Positions 24,961 through 38,647 of a DNA stretch of 64,000 nt are shown piece after piece. This DNA is from Octopus vulgaris (lineage: Eukaryota), in the NCBI GenBank assembly GCA_951406725.2, contig OX597815.1, forward strand, positions 120,776,001-120,840,000, in the 5' to 3' direction. Under the pieces are notes generated by a model that worked only from the letters and a program-made list of their open reading frames with translations, had not been told where the DNA came from and did not search any database. Each line of letters opens with the position of its first letter. Position 1 is the stretch's first letter. A program made the translations under genes and the position numbers.

Positions 24961-26348
24961 TTGAAACCAATATTAATGTATTCATATACAACCCATTGCC
25001 TTGTTGCTGTAAGCTTGCCAAAGCATGCTCAATGTCTCTGCAGCAGACATCCCAAGTTTAAAGCCAAAGTTCATGTTGGGTCTTTGTTCTTGTCCATGAC
25101 AAAATCACAGACCACAGCATAGACGTAATCACAAAAACACAAATTTCACAAATTGCAAAGTAAACACTGCCTCATGAAGATCACTGCTAGCTCTCACTGT
25201 GCACACAACTATGTGCTGCCATCTGTTGGCACACTACAGGTATGACTGTGTGGTAAGAGGTTTGCTTCCCAACCACATTATTCTAGGTTCAGTCCCACTG
25301 CATGGCACCATGGGCAAATATCTTCTACTATAGCCTTAGGTTGACCAAAGCCTTGTGAGTGGATTTGGTTGACGGTAACTGAAAGAAACCCGTTGTGTGT
25401 GTGTGTGTGTCCTTCACTACCACTTGACAACCAGTGTTGGGTTGTTTATGTTCTTATAATTTAGTGGTTCAGTAAAAAGTGACTGATAAGAAAATTGCAA
25501 TAAAAAGGAAGAAGAAAAAAAGAATCAGTAAACAAGGAACAAAATAAAGACATGTGCATGCTCTCTAAATTTTGTATCTCTCTAAGTTACCCTAGTGTAT
25601 CACTCTAAAAAATATTTAATTGATTTCTTAAACAAAGACCACTTTGAAATGGAAATAAATATTTTTTTAAAAAATGAAAGAAGAAATTGTTTTAGAAAAA
25701 GCATAATTTTACATAGATTTAATAAGTACAATTTTCATTTCAATTTACTGTCTTTTCAAATCAATTGAAGAAATTTTCTTTTCCAAATATTTTTTAATTG
25801 GTAGAAGAAATGAAAACAGTAACCTCTCAGTATATATATTAAAAGAAGATTCAGGTTATGTAGTTATTAATCTTAGAATTAAAACTATTGACATGTAATA
25901 TCTGTTAATGTGGTATGGTTTGTCTTTAATGTCTTGCTGTATAGGAGAATTAAAGGCCAAACAGCATAAAGCTGTGAGAATACATGAATGTGAGAGCTAG
26001 CAAGCTGAATGCCACATGTTTCCTTTGCATTATATTCAATGTTACTAACAAGAATGCAAATGTAAACTAAAAACATCAAATTTTGGTAGTAAATTTTCTT
26101 TCATGATTGAAACTTTTACCATAGTGGTTGTGTACGCTACAAAAATATTTCTGTCAAAAATATCCAAGTTAGTTCCCATATATAATTAACTATGTTAATG
26201 ACTAACTAATCAAAATGACTGTATAAAGCAACATTCTCCAACTGCTTCGCTTTTGGAGAACCCTTGAAATACATTCTATGTTTCAAGGAACTTTGGGCAA
26301 ATGTCTTCTACTATAGCCTCAGGCCAGCCAAAGCCCTGTGAGTGGATT

Positions 26349-27935
26349 TCATCATCATCATCATCATTGATTAACGTCCATTTTCCATGCTGGCATGGGT
26401 TAGATAGTTTGACTGAGATCTGGAGAGCCAGCGGCTGCACCAGGCTCCAGTCTGGTCTGGCAAAGTTTCTACAGCTGGATGCCCTTCCTAATGCCAACCA
26501 CTCCAAGAGCATAGTGGATGCTTTTTACAGGCCACCCACACCGAAGCCAGTAAAGCGGGCCTGGCAATGAACACGTTCAGGTGGTGCTTTTTAAGTGTCA
26601 CCGGCACAGGAGCCAGTCAGCAGGGTTGTGACATCAATGTTTTTTACAGACGAACCTGGCTTCAACCATCAGCATGGGAGCCAGCCAGAGGGCATGGGCC
26701 CCAGCTACGATATTGGTTTTACTTGACTCAACAGGTCTTCTCAAGCATATCATATTGCCCAATGCATCTGGAGTACTTTTAACAGGGCAGAATGTGGTTG
26801 GGTCTTCTCAATCACAGTGTATTTCTAAAGGTCCCAGTCTCCTGTCATTGCCTTTGTGAGGCCCACTGTTCAAAGGTCATGCTTCACCACCTTATCTCAT
26901 GTCTTCCTGGGTCTACCTCTTCTACAGGTTCCTTTTGCAGTTAGGGAGTGGCACTTTCTTACACACCTGTCCTTATACATAACACATAACAATACCAGTG
27001 CAGTTGTCTCTCTTGCACACCACATTTGATGCTTCTTATGCCCAACTTTTCTTTCAGGGTGCTTACACTCTGTCGTACATGCACACTGACATTACACATT
27101 CAGCGGATCATGCTACCTTCATTTCTTTCAAGCCTACGCATGTCGTCAGCAGGCACGGCCCACGTTTCACTGTTGTGAAGCACGGCAGTTTGCATACATG
27201 CATTGTATAATCTACCTTTCGCTCTGAGTGAGAAGCCCTTTGTTGTCAGTAGGGGTAGAAGCTTTCTGAACTTTGTCCAGGCTATTCTTATTCTAGTTGT
27301 AGCACTCTCTGAGCAGCCACCCCCACTACAGACTTGGTCACCCAGGTATTAGAAGCTATCAACTACTAGTTTCTCACCCTGGCATGTGATGGAATCTGTT
27401 TTCTGAGAATCTGTGGTGTTTATTGCCCCTGTGCATCTGCTGCACATGAAAGTTATCTTCCCAGTTAATCTTCCTTTGATGTTGCTGCACCTCTTATGTG
27501 TCCATAGCTAACACAGGGTACATCTTATGGAGTTTCTACTTACACCTTACATTGCTGTCATAATACAAATTAACAATGTTATTCCATTACCACGAATAAA
27601 AATTATTTCCTTGTGCTACCATACATTTCGCCTCTTATAGTTTTCCACATGGATTTTGTTATTGTCCCAGTGTGAGTGTGTGTGCAGGCAGTGTGTGTAA
27701 TTCTGCCTACACCTTTTCCAGCTACCCTCTATGTCCGAGGTTTGTAGTTCCTCTTCCCTCTCATTAAATTTCTTGATGAGGATGTCCCTAAATTTCTGAC
27801 CATGTGAAGGGTTCTTTAGCTTCCAATTCTTTCTTTTTGGATTGGTCTGCTTCTTGGCATCCCTCTGGCCTCGAGTTTAAAGTCACTAATGACTAGTCTA
27901 TGTGGAGGTGGGGGGGGTACATTCTTCACTCGGGA
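26349..27935 (-). mobile_element. Degenerate RTE LINE (PHD-RT family) with internal deletions
   Basis: (CAT)n tail at 26349, 3' UTR tandem units, RT remnant 26830-27548 and upstream remnant 27690-27935; colinear with 44732-47160 and 52121-54362. Confidence 0.8.
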
Positions 27936-28055
27936 GTCTCTGACAGAGAAAAACCTAAAGAAACCCATCTTATGTGTGTGTGTGTGTGTGTATTATGGAG
28001 ATGTACTTTCATAGCAAGTAACTTGATCTGAGATTGTGAGTTGAAACAAAAACAA

Positions 28056-28277
28056 ACTGCAGCATGGAAGGTGTTTATAAGCCATTTAAGAAACACACAA
28101 AAACCGTTAGTTTCACTTCAACATTTAAATTTAATTTGTGTCAAAATATTTTCATCACTTTGAAAGTGGTTTCAAAGCACTGAAAATATTTTGACTCAAA
28201 TTAAATTTAAATGTTGAAGTGAAACTAATGGTTTTTGTGTGTTTGTAAGCCATTTACAAACATCTTCCATGCTGCAA
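28056..28277. repeat. About 220-bp imperfect palindrome (foldback)
   Basis: tgcagcatggaagg..ttcaacatttaaatttaatttg.gtcaaaatattttca / tgaaaatattttgactcaaattaaatttaaatgttgaa..cttccatgctgca with a very short loop. Confidence 0.85.
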
Positions 28278-28295
28278 TCATATATATGTATATAA

Positions 28296-28382
<87 letters not shown>

Positions 28383-28638
28383 CACACACAAAATTTAGAG
28401 GATGGACCACTAAAAGAGGACAGCCTGTATGCTAGATATAGATGTCAAAATCGCCATTTTCCACGGAGAATGTGTTCTCAAGAAAAAATTCAGTAAAAAA
28501 CCAAAGCATAAAAATAAGCGAGAGAAATGAAAATATACGAAATAAAAAACAACGTATGTAAAAAAACTTTTAATCTTTGGATTTTTTGAATATGCTAGGC
28601 CACTGGTTTTAATTGATTAATATCAATTTCTACCCTTA

Positions 28639-28675
<37 letters not shown>

Positions 28676-28761
28676 CAAATTTATAGAAAAGCAAAAGACA
28701 AAGACAGGTGCATGAACAACAAGCAGGTGTATTACTTTGACGCTCGGGAAGGTGAGAAAGT

Positions 28762-28797
28762 CTTTTACGTTTCAAGCCTACAGTTTTCAACAGAAAG
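28762..28797 (-). ncRNA. Hammerhead-like motif (CUGUUGA variant) in a Penelope-like terminal fragment
   Basis: Minus strand cttt-CTGTTGA-aaactgtaggctt-GAAAC-GTA-aaag; stem I cttt/aaag. Same repeat family as 6600-6790 and 12388-12492. Confidence 0.5.
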
Positions 28798-28903
28798 GAA
28801 CACAAGGAAATAAACAGATATATATATATATGCATATATAGAAGGCCTGCCTTTCAGTTGTTAATTGCAAATAAGCCACCCTTATTATAAATATATGTAT
28901 GTG

Positions 28904-28951
<48 letters not shown>

Positions 28952-29996
28952 CACTCACTCACACACTCACACACACACATACATACATGTATGTTTATGT
29001 GTGTGTACATTTGTGTGTTTCTCCTTCACTACTACTAGTCAATGGGTGTTGGCGTGTTTATGTCCTCGTGATTTAGCAGTTTAGCAAAAGCAACTGGTAG
29101 AATAAGTACCTGGCTTCAAAAGAAATGCTGGAGATGATTCATTTAACTAACATTCATCAAAGTGATGTCCCAGCATGGCCACAATCTAATGACTGAAACA
29201 AGTATAAGATAAAATGATAAAGATATCTTTACTAATATTTTACTTTCTCTTTCATCATCATCATCATTTAACATCTGTTTTCCATGCTAGCATGGGTTGG
29301 ACAGTTCGACCAGTATCTGGGAAGCCAAGAGGCTGCACTGTTTCTACAGCTGGATACCCTTCCTAATGCCAACCACTCCGTGAGTGTAGTGGGTGCTTTT
29401 TACATGCCACCGGCACAGAGGCCAGAGAAGGCTGGCAACGGCCATGATTGGTTGGTGCTTTTTACATGCCACCTGCATGGAAGCAAGTCAAGGCAGTGCT
29501 GGCATCGGCCATGTTGGGATGGTGCTTTTTACGTGCCACTGACATAAAGTTAAATTTCATTTGAGATTAAACACATCATAAAACTGTCTTTGAAAGACTT
29601 GACACTTCCAAATCTGTCCACAAAAAATGTTTAAGGAATTTCATCCTGACTAATACCAAAATCCTCATCATTTCACACTAAAGAAATAATATTTTTTTTT
29701 CCTTAAGGTTCCCTTCCTACCTAAAGATGCCAAGATTTCTCTACATTAAGGATTATATAGGGTAATGAACTAAAACGTAGCCCAGGTTTTGTAGTATAGT
29801 GTAAATACAGAAATACATGAAAAAGCACCCAGTCTTTCATTTGCAGGTGTCATTGCATTGTTTCAACCATTTGTAACTGGCGAACAAAGATGGTGCATTA
29901 GTTGACTACTTGCTATGTTATCCTCACTGCATCCTCACCACATTAGTTGACTGTAAGACTGCATTGAGTGAACATCTCTAGCCCTTTTCTGAAAGA

Positions 29997-30362
29997 TGAT
30001 GTACTAAATTGTAAAAAGAGGGAAGATTGTGGAAGCATGTATGGGAACAGGTTCTGTTAAGCAAAAGCATGAAATTTTTGGAGGTGAGTCTCTGAGTAAA
30101 GACTTACCATCAGCGAAAGTGATACAAATGCTGGTTAAGAAGTGGTGTACAAGGGAGTCAGTGGAAAATGCCCCAAAGCAAAGAGTCCACACAGTTTGAA
30201 CACCAGAAGTTATTCAGGATATTTACCAAAGGATTAGTTGACGTCCAAAGAAGTCAACACGTGAGCTGGCACAGCAGTTTCACAAAAGCAGGAGGTCATG
30301 CCAACAGGTTTTGGAAACTCTAAAGTTGAAGTCATATCATTTCACATCTGTACAGCAATTAG
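29997..30362 (+). mobile_element. Tc1/mariner-superfamily transposase N-terminal remnant (DUF4817-type HTH)
   Basis: IVEACMGTGSVKQ..LPSAKVIQMLVKKWCTRESVENAPKQRVHTV*TPEVIQDI..RPKKSTRELAQQFHKSRRSCQQVLETLKLKSYHFTSVQQL, with stops. Confidence 0.7.
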
Positions 30363-30519
30363 TAGCCAAGTTTTTCAGTCAAAATAACACAATGACACTT
30401 GCAAACAAAGGGCAGAGTTCTTTTCTCTGTGTGTAAATTTACTTCTGTATTTATACCATGCTATGAAACCTGAATTACTTTTTCATGTGCTATCCTGTAC
30501 CATGCATACTCACTCTACG

Positions 30520-30892
30520 CTTTTACTCTTTTACTTGTTTCAGTCATTTGACTGTGGTCATGCTGGAGCAACACCTTTAGTCGAATAAAATCACACCCAG
30601 GACTTATTCTTTGTAAGCCGAGTACTTATTCTATCGGTCTCTTTTTGCCGAAATGCTAAGTGACGGGGATGTAGACACACCAGCATCTATTGTCAACACA
30701 TACATACATATATACATATAGATATATATACGATGGGCTTCTTTCAGTTTCCCTCTACCAAATCCACTCACAAAGCTTTGGTCGGCCCATGGCTATAGCA
30801 GAAGACACTTGCCCAAGGTACCACGCAGTAGGACTGAACCGAGAACCATGTGGTTGGGAAGCAAGCTTCTTACCACACAGCCACTCCTGTGC
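30520..30892 (-). mobile_element. SINE family A copy
   Basis: Reverse complement of 21561-22035. Confidence 0.85.
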
Positions 30893-31284
30893 ATATTTAT
30901 AAAAATTACAAATATTGAATACAATGCAAAAATAACTCAAAAATACATTTGCATATAACTTGCATATTTAATCACTATTTCTCATGGAATACTACAATTC
31001 CATAGAAGCCTGCTTCCCTCTTGACTGTAACCTCATTCAATCAAAAGAGATCTTATTCTTGCAAGTTACATGGCAACCTCACTAGTGTTGGTGCCACACA
31101 AAAAAATGTACTTAGCACAATCTGTGAAATGGTTAGCATTAGGAAGGGCATCCAACTGAAGATTCCATGTTAAAACAGGCACTGGGACATGATGCAGTCC
31201 TCTGACTTGTTGCATCACATCTAACCAACCAGCCTACACAAGCAGGGAAGACAGACACTAAAAGATGATGGTGATGATGATGAC

Positions 31285-31321
<37 letters not shown>

Positions 31322-32361
31322 GTAATGTGATGGTGGTGGTGGTATTGGTGATATTGCTGTATAAATATCCATCAGACAATTTGTCTTGAGCAATTTACAA
31401 GCAATAATGAATATTGCCATAAAAAAGCAGCAAAACGCAATGAAAAATATCGACAATGACTATAATAGATTAAAGAAAAGCAAGATGAGCAAACATTAAG
31501 TGTTTTGTTGTATCACTTGGCCATTAAAAATAAATAAGTAAACAAACCAGTAAACAAATAAATCTCTCCATGAAAATTTCACGTTTTAACAGTTTTATCA
31601 GCAAGAGTTGTTTCCCTTGACAATCTCTTTCTTCCCCACACGTTCTTTTTTTTTTATACTTACCACACAAAATTTGATAGATGATTTCTATTAAATACAT
31701 CGATGCTGTTTGGAGAGAGCGAGTATTCTTTAAGATTCCTTCTAGATTACTATTAAAATGCAATTTGATATTCTATCTAAAATGAATGCCCAATTATTAC
31801 TTAAATGTAACAAAGACCTAAAAGTAAGCATGTCTTTTCAATTATACTTTCATGTTTACTTCAGGCAAACAAAACAAATACAGCAGATAAAATTGCATAT
31901 ACTATATATATATACATATATAAGTCCAACACATGCATCATTATCATCATCATCATCATTTAACGTCTATTGCTCATGCTGGCATGGGTTGGACGGATTG
32001 ACTGGGTTGGCACACTGGAAGGCTGTCCCAGACTCCAGTCTGATTTGGCATGGATTTCCACAGCTGGAGGCCCTTTCTAATGCCAACCACTCTGAAAGTG
32101 TGATGAGTGTTTCTACATGCCATCAGCACAGGTGCAATTTGCATGACACCAGTATCTACCACAACTGTGATTTTGCTCAGTTTGATGGGTCTCCTTCTCA
32201 AGCACAACATATTCGAGAGGAACTTAGTCACCTTGCCTCCATGAGGCCCAACAGGCATTAAAAGAAAATGATATGTATATATGAATACATGTATGTATGT
32301 ATGTATGTATGTATGTATGTATGTATGTATGTATGTATGTATGTATCTATCTATCTATCTA

Positions 32362-32437
<76 letters not shown>

Positions 32438-32471
32438 TCATCGTTTAACGTCCGTTCTCCATGCTAGCATG

Positions 32472-32514
<43 letters not shown>

Positions 32515-32518
<4 letters not shown>

Positions 32519-32677
32519 TAGAGATAAAACCACTATTAGGCAAATCAAACAGTGAAAATCATAAACCAATACATAGAAAAAAATTAATTCATAAAAAATA
32601 TAAAATATAAAATTTCTATGTATTGGTTTATGATTTTCACTGTTTGATTTGCCTAATAGTAGTTTTATCTCTAATTT
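32515..32677. repeat. About 62-bp inverted repeat beside (TA)n
   Basis: aaattagagataaaaccactattaggcaaatcaaacagtgaaaatcataaaccaatacatagaaa and its near-perfect reverse complement at about 32612-32677. Confidence 0.85.
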
Positions 32678-32752
32678 AATATATATATTTATACTATAAA
32701 ATTAGATTTAATCTTCAATCTAATTTTTCCCTGTAAGTTTAGATATACTCCC

Positions 32753-32854
<102 letters not shown>

Positions 32855-32888
32855 CAGACAGATAGACAAATAGATAAATAGACAGACT

Positions 32889-32930
<42 letters not shown>

Positions 32931-33278
32931 TACACACACACACATGCACACACATACATACATATATACATTGTCATCATCATCATTAAACATCTGCTTT
33001 CCATGTTTGCATGGATTGTTGGACAGTTTAACAGGAACTGGCAAGTCAGAAGACTGTGCCAAGCTCTACTGTCTGCATTGGCATGATTTCTATGGCTGGA
33101 TACCCTTCCAAATGCAAACCACTTTACAGAGTGCTTATTACATAGCACCAACACCAGTGAGGTCACCAGATAACTTTCAAGACAAGACTCCAGGTGATGA
33201 ACGGTTAAAGTATGATAGAGAGATAACATAATATATATATACCAAATTACCGGAGTTATTCTTGTTGCTTATTTTGAT

Positions 33279-33304
<26 letters not shown>

Positions 33305-33309
<5 letters not shown>

Positions 33310-34049
33310 GAGTGGCTGTGAGGCACAGGAGTACCAGTGTGGTAAGTAGCTTGCTTACCAACCACATGGTTCTGGGTTCAATCCTACTGTGTGGCACCTT
33401 GGGCAAGTGTCTTCTACTATAGCATTGGGCCAACCAAAGCCTTGCAAGTGGATTTGGTAGACGGAAACTGAAAGAAGTCTGTTGTATATATATATGTATG
33501 TGTGTGTGTGTGTGTGTTTGTGTGCCTGTATTTGTCCCCCCAACATCGCTTGGCAACCAATGCTGGTGTGTTTATGTCCCCATAACATAGTGGTTCAGCA
33601 AAAGAGACCGATAGAATAAGTACTAGGCTTACAAAGAATAAGTCCTGGGGTCAATTTGTACGATTAAAAGGCAGTGCTCCAGCATGGCTACAGTCAAATG
33701 ACTGAAATAAATATAAGAGTAAAACAATAAAAAGAATATATGTATGTATATATATGTGTGTGGGTGTGTGTGTGTGTGTGTGCATGCGTGTGTGCATGTG
33801 TGTATGTATATGTATATATACTCTGTACTCTTTCTTTTACTCTTTTACTTGTTTCAGTCATTGGACTGTGGCCATGCTGGAGCACCGCCTTTAGTCGAGC
33901 AAATCGACCCCAGGACTTATTCTTTGTCAGCCTAGTACTTATTCTATCAGTCCCTTTTGCCGAACCGCTAAGTTACGGAGACGTAAACACACCAGCATCG
34001 GTTGTCAAGTGATGTTGGTGGGGACAAACACAGACACAAACATATACAC

Positions 34050-34096
<47 letters not shown>

Positions 34097-34165
34097 CATA
34101 TATATATACATATATACGATGGGCTTCTTTCAGTTTCCGTCTACCAAATCCACTCACAAGGCTTT
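33305..34165. mobile_element. Two SINE family A copies in tail-to-tail inverted orientation
   Basis: + copy 33305-33740 and - copy 33830-34165. Confidence 0.8.
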
Positions 34166-34866
34166 GGTGCTCCAGCATGGCTGCATTCAAATGATTGAAA
34201 CAAGTAAAAAAGTATATATATATATGTGTGCGTGTGTATGTGCGCGCGCGTGTGTGTGTGTGTGTGTGTATGCAATTTATAAAAGAGATATCATGATACA
34301 CTACCTACCAACCTTCTGATAAGTTCAAGAAATGTGGTTTTACCTAATTTCTTTTATATGAAATCAATTGGTAAAATGAACTGAAATTGGTCTTGCATCA
34401 ATATTGACCTAGTAGTCAGGCTGTTGCTCTTATCATTGCTAGATCATGGATTCGCTTCTCTGACTGGGCGCTGCATTGTGTTCTTGAGCAAAACACTTCA
34501 TTTCACATTGATTCAGTCCCTCTTCAATCAGGAGATTTGTTGGCCTGCTCACCTAGCCAGCAGGGTGGTGTCGTTCAAAGGTTAAAACAATGCAAAAAAT
34601 GCACTTTGACCAGTGATGTGTAACAACAGCTGATAGTCTGGTTGTTCACATATATATGTGTGTGTGTGTATTTCTATATTATTTTGTCATTATCATTATT
34701 ATTACAAAACCCACAAAAAGCCTCATGAAATACAGGTACACAGTGTTTCCTGGGCAAAATATTAATTGAATTCACAAGTTTTTGTGGTTTTTATTAAAGC
34801 AATATCTTTACTCTCTTAACTGGTTGAGTGCTATACTATCTGTCAAAACCTTACCACATGGTATAA

Positions 34867-34906
<40 letters not shown>

Positions 34907-34911
34907 ATAGT

Positions 34912-36448
34912 CATCATCATCATCATTGTTTAACGTCCGTTTTTCCATTCTAGCATGGGTTGGATGGTTTGACCGGTGTCTGGGAAGCTAGGAGGCTGTA
35001 CCAAGCTCCAGTCTGATCTGGTAGTGTTTCTACAGTTGGATGCCCTTCCTAAACGCCAACCACTCCGTGAATGTAGTGGGTGCTTTTTACATGCCTCTGG
35101 CACAGGGGCCAGAGGAGGCTGGTAACATCCACAATTAGTTGGTGCTTTTTATGTGCTGCCGGCACGGAAGCCAGTCAAGGTGGCACTGGCATCTGCCATG
35201 TTTTGATGGTGCTTTTTACATGCCACCGGCATGGGTATCAAAACTACAATTCCATTTGATTTTTATTTTGACTCAATAGGTCTCCTCAAGCACAGCAGGT
35301 TGCCCTACAATCCAAGCTAAGCACAGCAGGTTGCCCTACAATCCAAGGTACTTTTGAATGGGCCAGGGCTGGTTATGTGAAACTGGTGTAGGATACAGCT
35401 GTGAACTCATTTTATTTGCCGGGTCGTCACAGTCACAGCATATCTCCAGAGGTCTCAGTCTTTTGTCATTGCCTCTGTGAGGCCCAACGTTCAAAGATCA
35501 TCCTTGACCACTTCATCCCATGTCTTCCTGGGTTCTACCCTTCAACTGATTCCTTCAACAGTTTTGGAGTGGCACTTCTTCACACATCTCTCCTCATCCA
35601 TCTGTAGTACATGACCATACCAGTGAAAATGTTTCTCTTGCATGCCACATCCGATGCTTCTTATGTCCAATATTTCTCTCAGGGCACTTACACTCTGTCA
35701 TGTGTGCACACTGACATTACACATACAGTGGATCATGCTAGCTTCATTCCTTTCAAGCCTACACATGTCTTCCACACTCATGGCCCATGTTTCACTACCG
35801 TGAAGCATGGCAGTTCGCACACATGCATCATACAATTTACCTTTCAGTTTGAGTGAGAGGTCCTTTGTCACCAGTAGGGGTAGAAGCTTTCTAAACTTTG
35901 CCCAAGCTATTCTAGTGGTAACACTCTCTGAGCATCCACCCCCACTACTAACTTGGTCACCTAGGTAGAGGAAGCTATCAACTACTTCTAGTTTCTCTCC
36001 CTGGAGTGTGATGGAATTTGTTTTCTGAGCATCCGTGGTGTCTATTGCCCCTATGCATCTGCTGCACATGAAAGCTATCTTCTTGGTTAATCTTCCTTTC
36101 ATGTTGCTGCACCTCTTATGTGTCCATAGCTTACACTGGGTACATCTTATGGAATTTCTATCTACACCTTTACTACAGATTGAGCAGAGGTTGTGTGATG
36201 GGTTCACCTTCCTACTTACAAGAACTTTGCAACCTGTCTTGAATTCTTCTGTTATTGCCTGGAGGACTATGATGAATAAAAGGCTGAACCTTGGTGGACC
36301 CCTACTTCTACCCGGAAATCTTCACTATACTCATTGCTAATCCTAACCTTACTAACGTCATCTCTGTACACAGCCTGTACTGCTCTTATTAAACATTCGT
36401 CAATCCCCAGTTTCCACATCGCTCACCAATAAGGGATCGGAGGACCCT
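34912..36448 (-). mobile_element. Degenerate RTE LINE (PHD-RT family)
   Basis: ORF 35698-36207: CSICSKGVDRNSIRCTQCKLWTHKRC..FMCSRC..VVDSFLYLGD..LYDACVRTAMLHGSETW; 3' UTR and (CAT)n tail at 34912. Confidence 0.85.
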
Positions 36449-36895
36449 ATATGCATATATATATATGTAGGCGGTTGAAAAGGAACACACGAATTGATAT
36501 GTATAAAGAAAATAAGTCAAGGAAGAAAATGATAAAATTATTTTAGCATTTTCTACCTAGTCTTATTTTCCTTATATAAGCTGTCTTCTTGGTTAATTTT
36601 CCTTTGATGTTGCTGCAACTCTTATGTGTCCATAGCTTACACTGGGTACATCTTATAGAGTTTCTACCTACGCCTCTACTACAGATCTTATATATAAACG
36701 AATAAAATATATATAAGCATATATACATACATATATGTACATACTGGCATTTATATGTACATATATATATATATGCATATATGGGTACAGGACATCACAA
36801 AACGTAAACAACATGAAATAAGAAATCATAAAATCTGAAATACGAAATACATATATGTGTGTGTGTGTGTATTATATATATGTATATATATAATT

Positions 36896-36929
<34 letters not shown>

Positions 36930-37124
36930 ATATAAGTATATATATATGTATATATATGTATATAAATATATACACATACATATATATATACATATGCTTA
37001 TATATGTATATGTATATATATACATATTACATATATATATATATATATATCACATATATATATATGTATTTATGTATATATACACACAAACACACACATG
37101 CACACAAATATAAATGAATATACA

Positions 37125-37202
<78 letters not shown>

Positions 37203-37839
37203 TACACATACACGTCTTTCATCATTTGCCTCAGTTAGCAATATCTGATCATATATTTATAACTCCATACCATAAATCAAACACAATCTAATATAATACA
37301 CCTCATTAATTCTACTGATTCAAATAGCATTAAAAGTAACGAAGTATTGGTTTAGTGTAGTTGGCAAATGATTTTTAATGTCAATGATGAAGTGTGGCTT
37401 ATAATTTCTAAGTTAAGCTGTATATCACACATTATTATATACCATATAACATAGTTTGGGATTGAGGACTCAGCATCTTTCATGATGCAAGGCAATGTGT
37501 TTATTACATTGCTGTCATAATTCAAATTAACAATGTTATTCCATTACTACATATAAAATGCGTGTGTTTGTATTTGTGTGTATATATACATACATACATA
37601 CATACATGCATATATATCAAAAGGATGTGTTACAACACTATTATACAAAAGCAGCCATACCAACAATCCAACATATCTCCATCATCAGCTGCCCCACGGA
37701 TGTCATCATGGTTTTGACACCTGGGTAGTACCATTCAATCTGGCAATGTCAACAGCACTTAAAGAAGTACTGTTTGGGAACAAACAGACGGAAAAACAAA
37801 ACATACATCTTTCAAACATATTTATCCTATGTACAACAG

Positions 37840-38118
37840 CAGTGGTGGACTGGGTATAAAAATATTGGTTGCCAGGAGACACACACAACTACTATGCAGT
37901 TATTTTTTTAATTTTTGTTAAAAGTATTCTTCTTCCCCTGTCTATGAACACAGCCAGGCTGAAATAATTAATGCATTCTTCCAGGAGTGAATAAAAAATT
38001 AATTCTCAAACTTGAGAGGATGGGCCCCTTACAAACATGAGTCCCCATATATGGATTCTAATTGCACAGGGGCCCACTTGCCATTGTGCAAGCTGGCAAC
38101 CTGGCCAGTCTGCCACTG
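37840..38118. mobile_element. hAT-type MITE with 8-bp TSD
   Basis: TIR cagtggtggactgg / ccagtctgccactg; TACAACAG at 37832-37839 and 38119-38126. Confidence 0.88.
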
Positions 38119-38545
38119 TACAACAGTATTCAATCAAATATAGGCAGGAATAAACACTAACTTTAAAATTAAACTAAAACAATGAACACATAAATCTATG
38201 TACATCTGTATTGGTATTCATAGTAAATCTACAATAACTAAACTATATACTAAATAGCGACCAATCTTTAAGTCCATTCAAATAATAATTCCACCAGTCT
38301 TCCATAGTTATTACTATAACATATATATATATATATACATTCTTTTTTACTCTTTTATTTGTTTCAGTCATTTGACTAAAGTACTGCCTTTAGTCAAACA
38401 AATCGACCCCAGGACTTATTCTTTGTAAGACTAGTACTTATTCCATTGGTCTCTTTTGCCGAACTACTAAGTTACGGGGACGTCAACACACCACCATCAG
38501 TTGTCAAGCGATGGTGGGGGGACAAACACAGACAGAGACACACAC

Positions 38546-38647
<102 letters not shown>

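Noticed and set aside
25213-25230. CTCF-like motif gccaacagatggcagcac (minus strand)
   Set aside because: A single motif match, also common inside DNA transposon remnants; no functional evidence.
37706-37769. Possible minus-strand terminal exon (TSLSAVDIARLNGTTQVSKP*) after a pyrimidine-rich acceptor
   Set aside because: Too short, no recognisable homology, and no upstream partner exon found.
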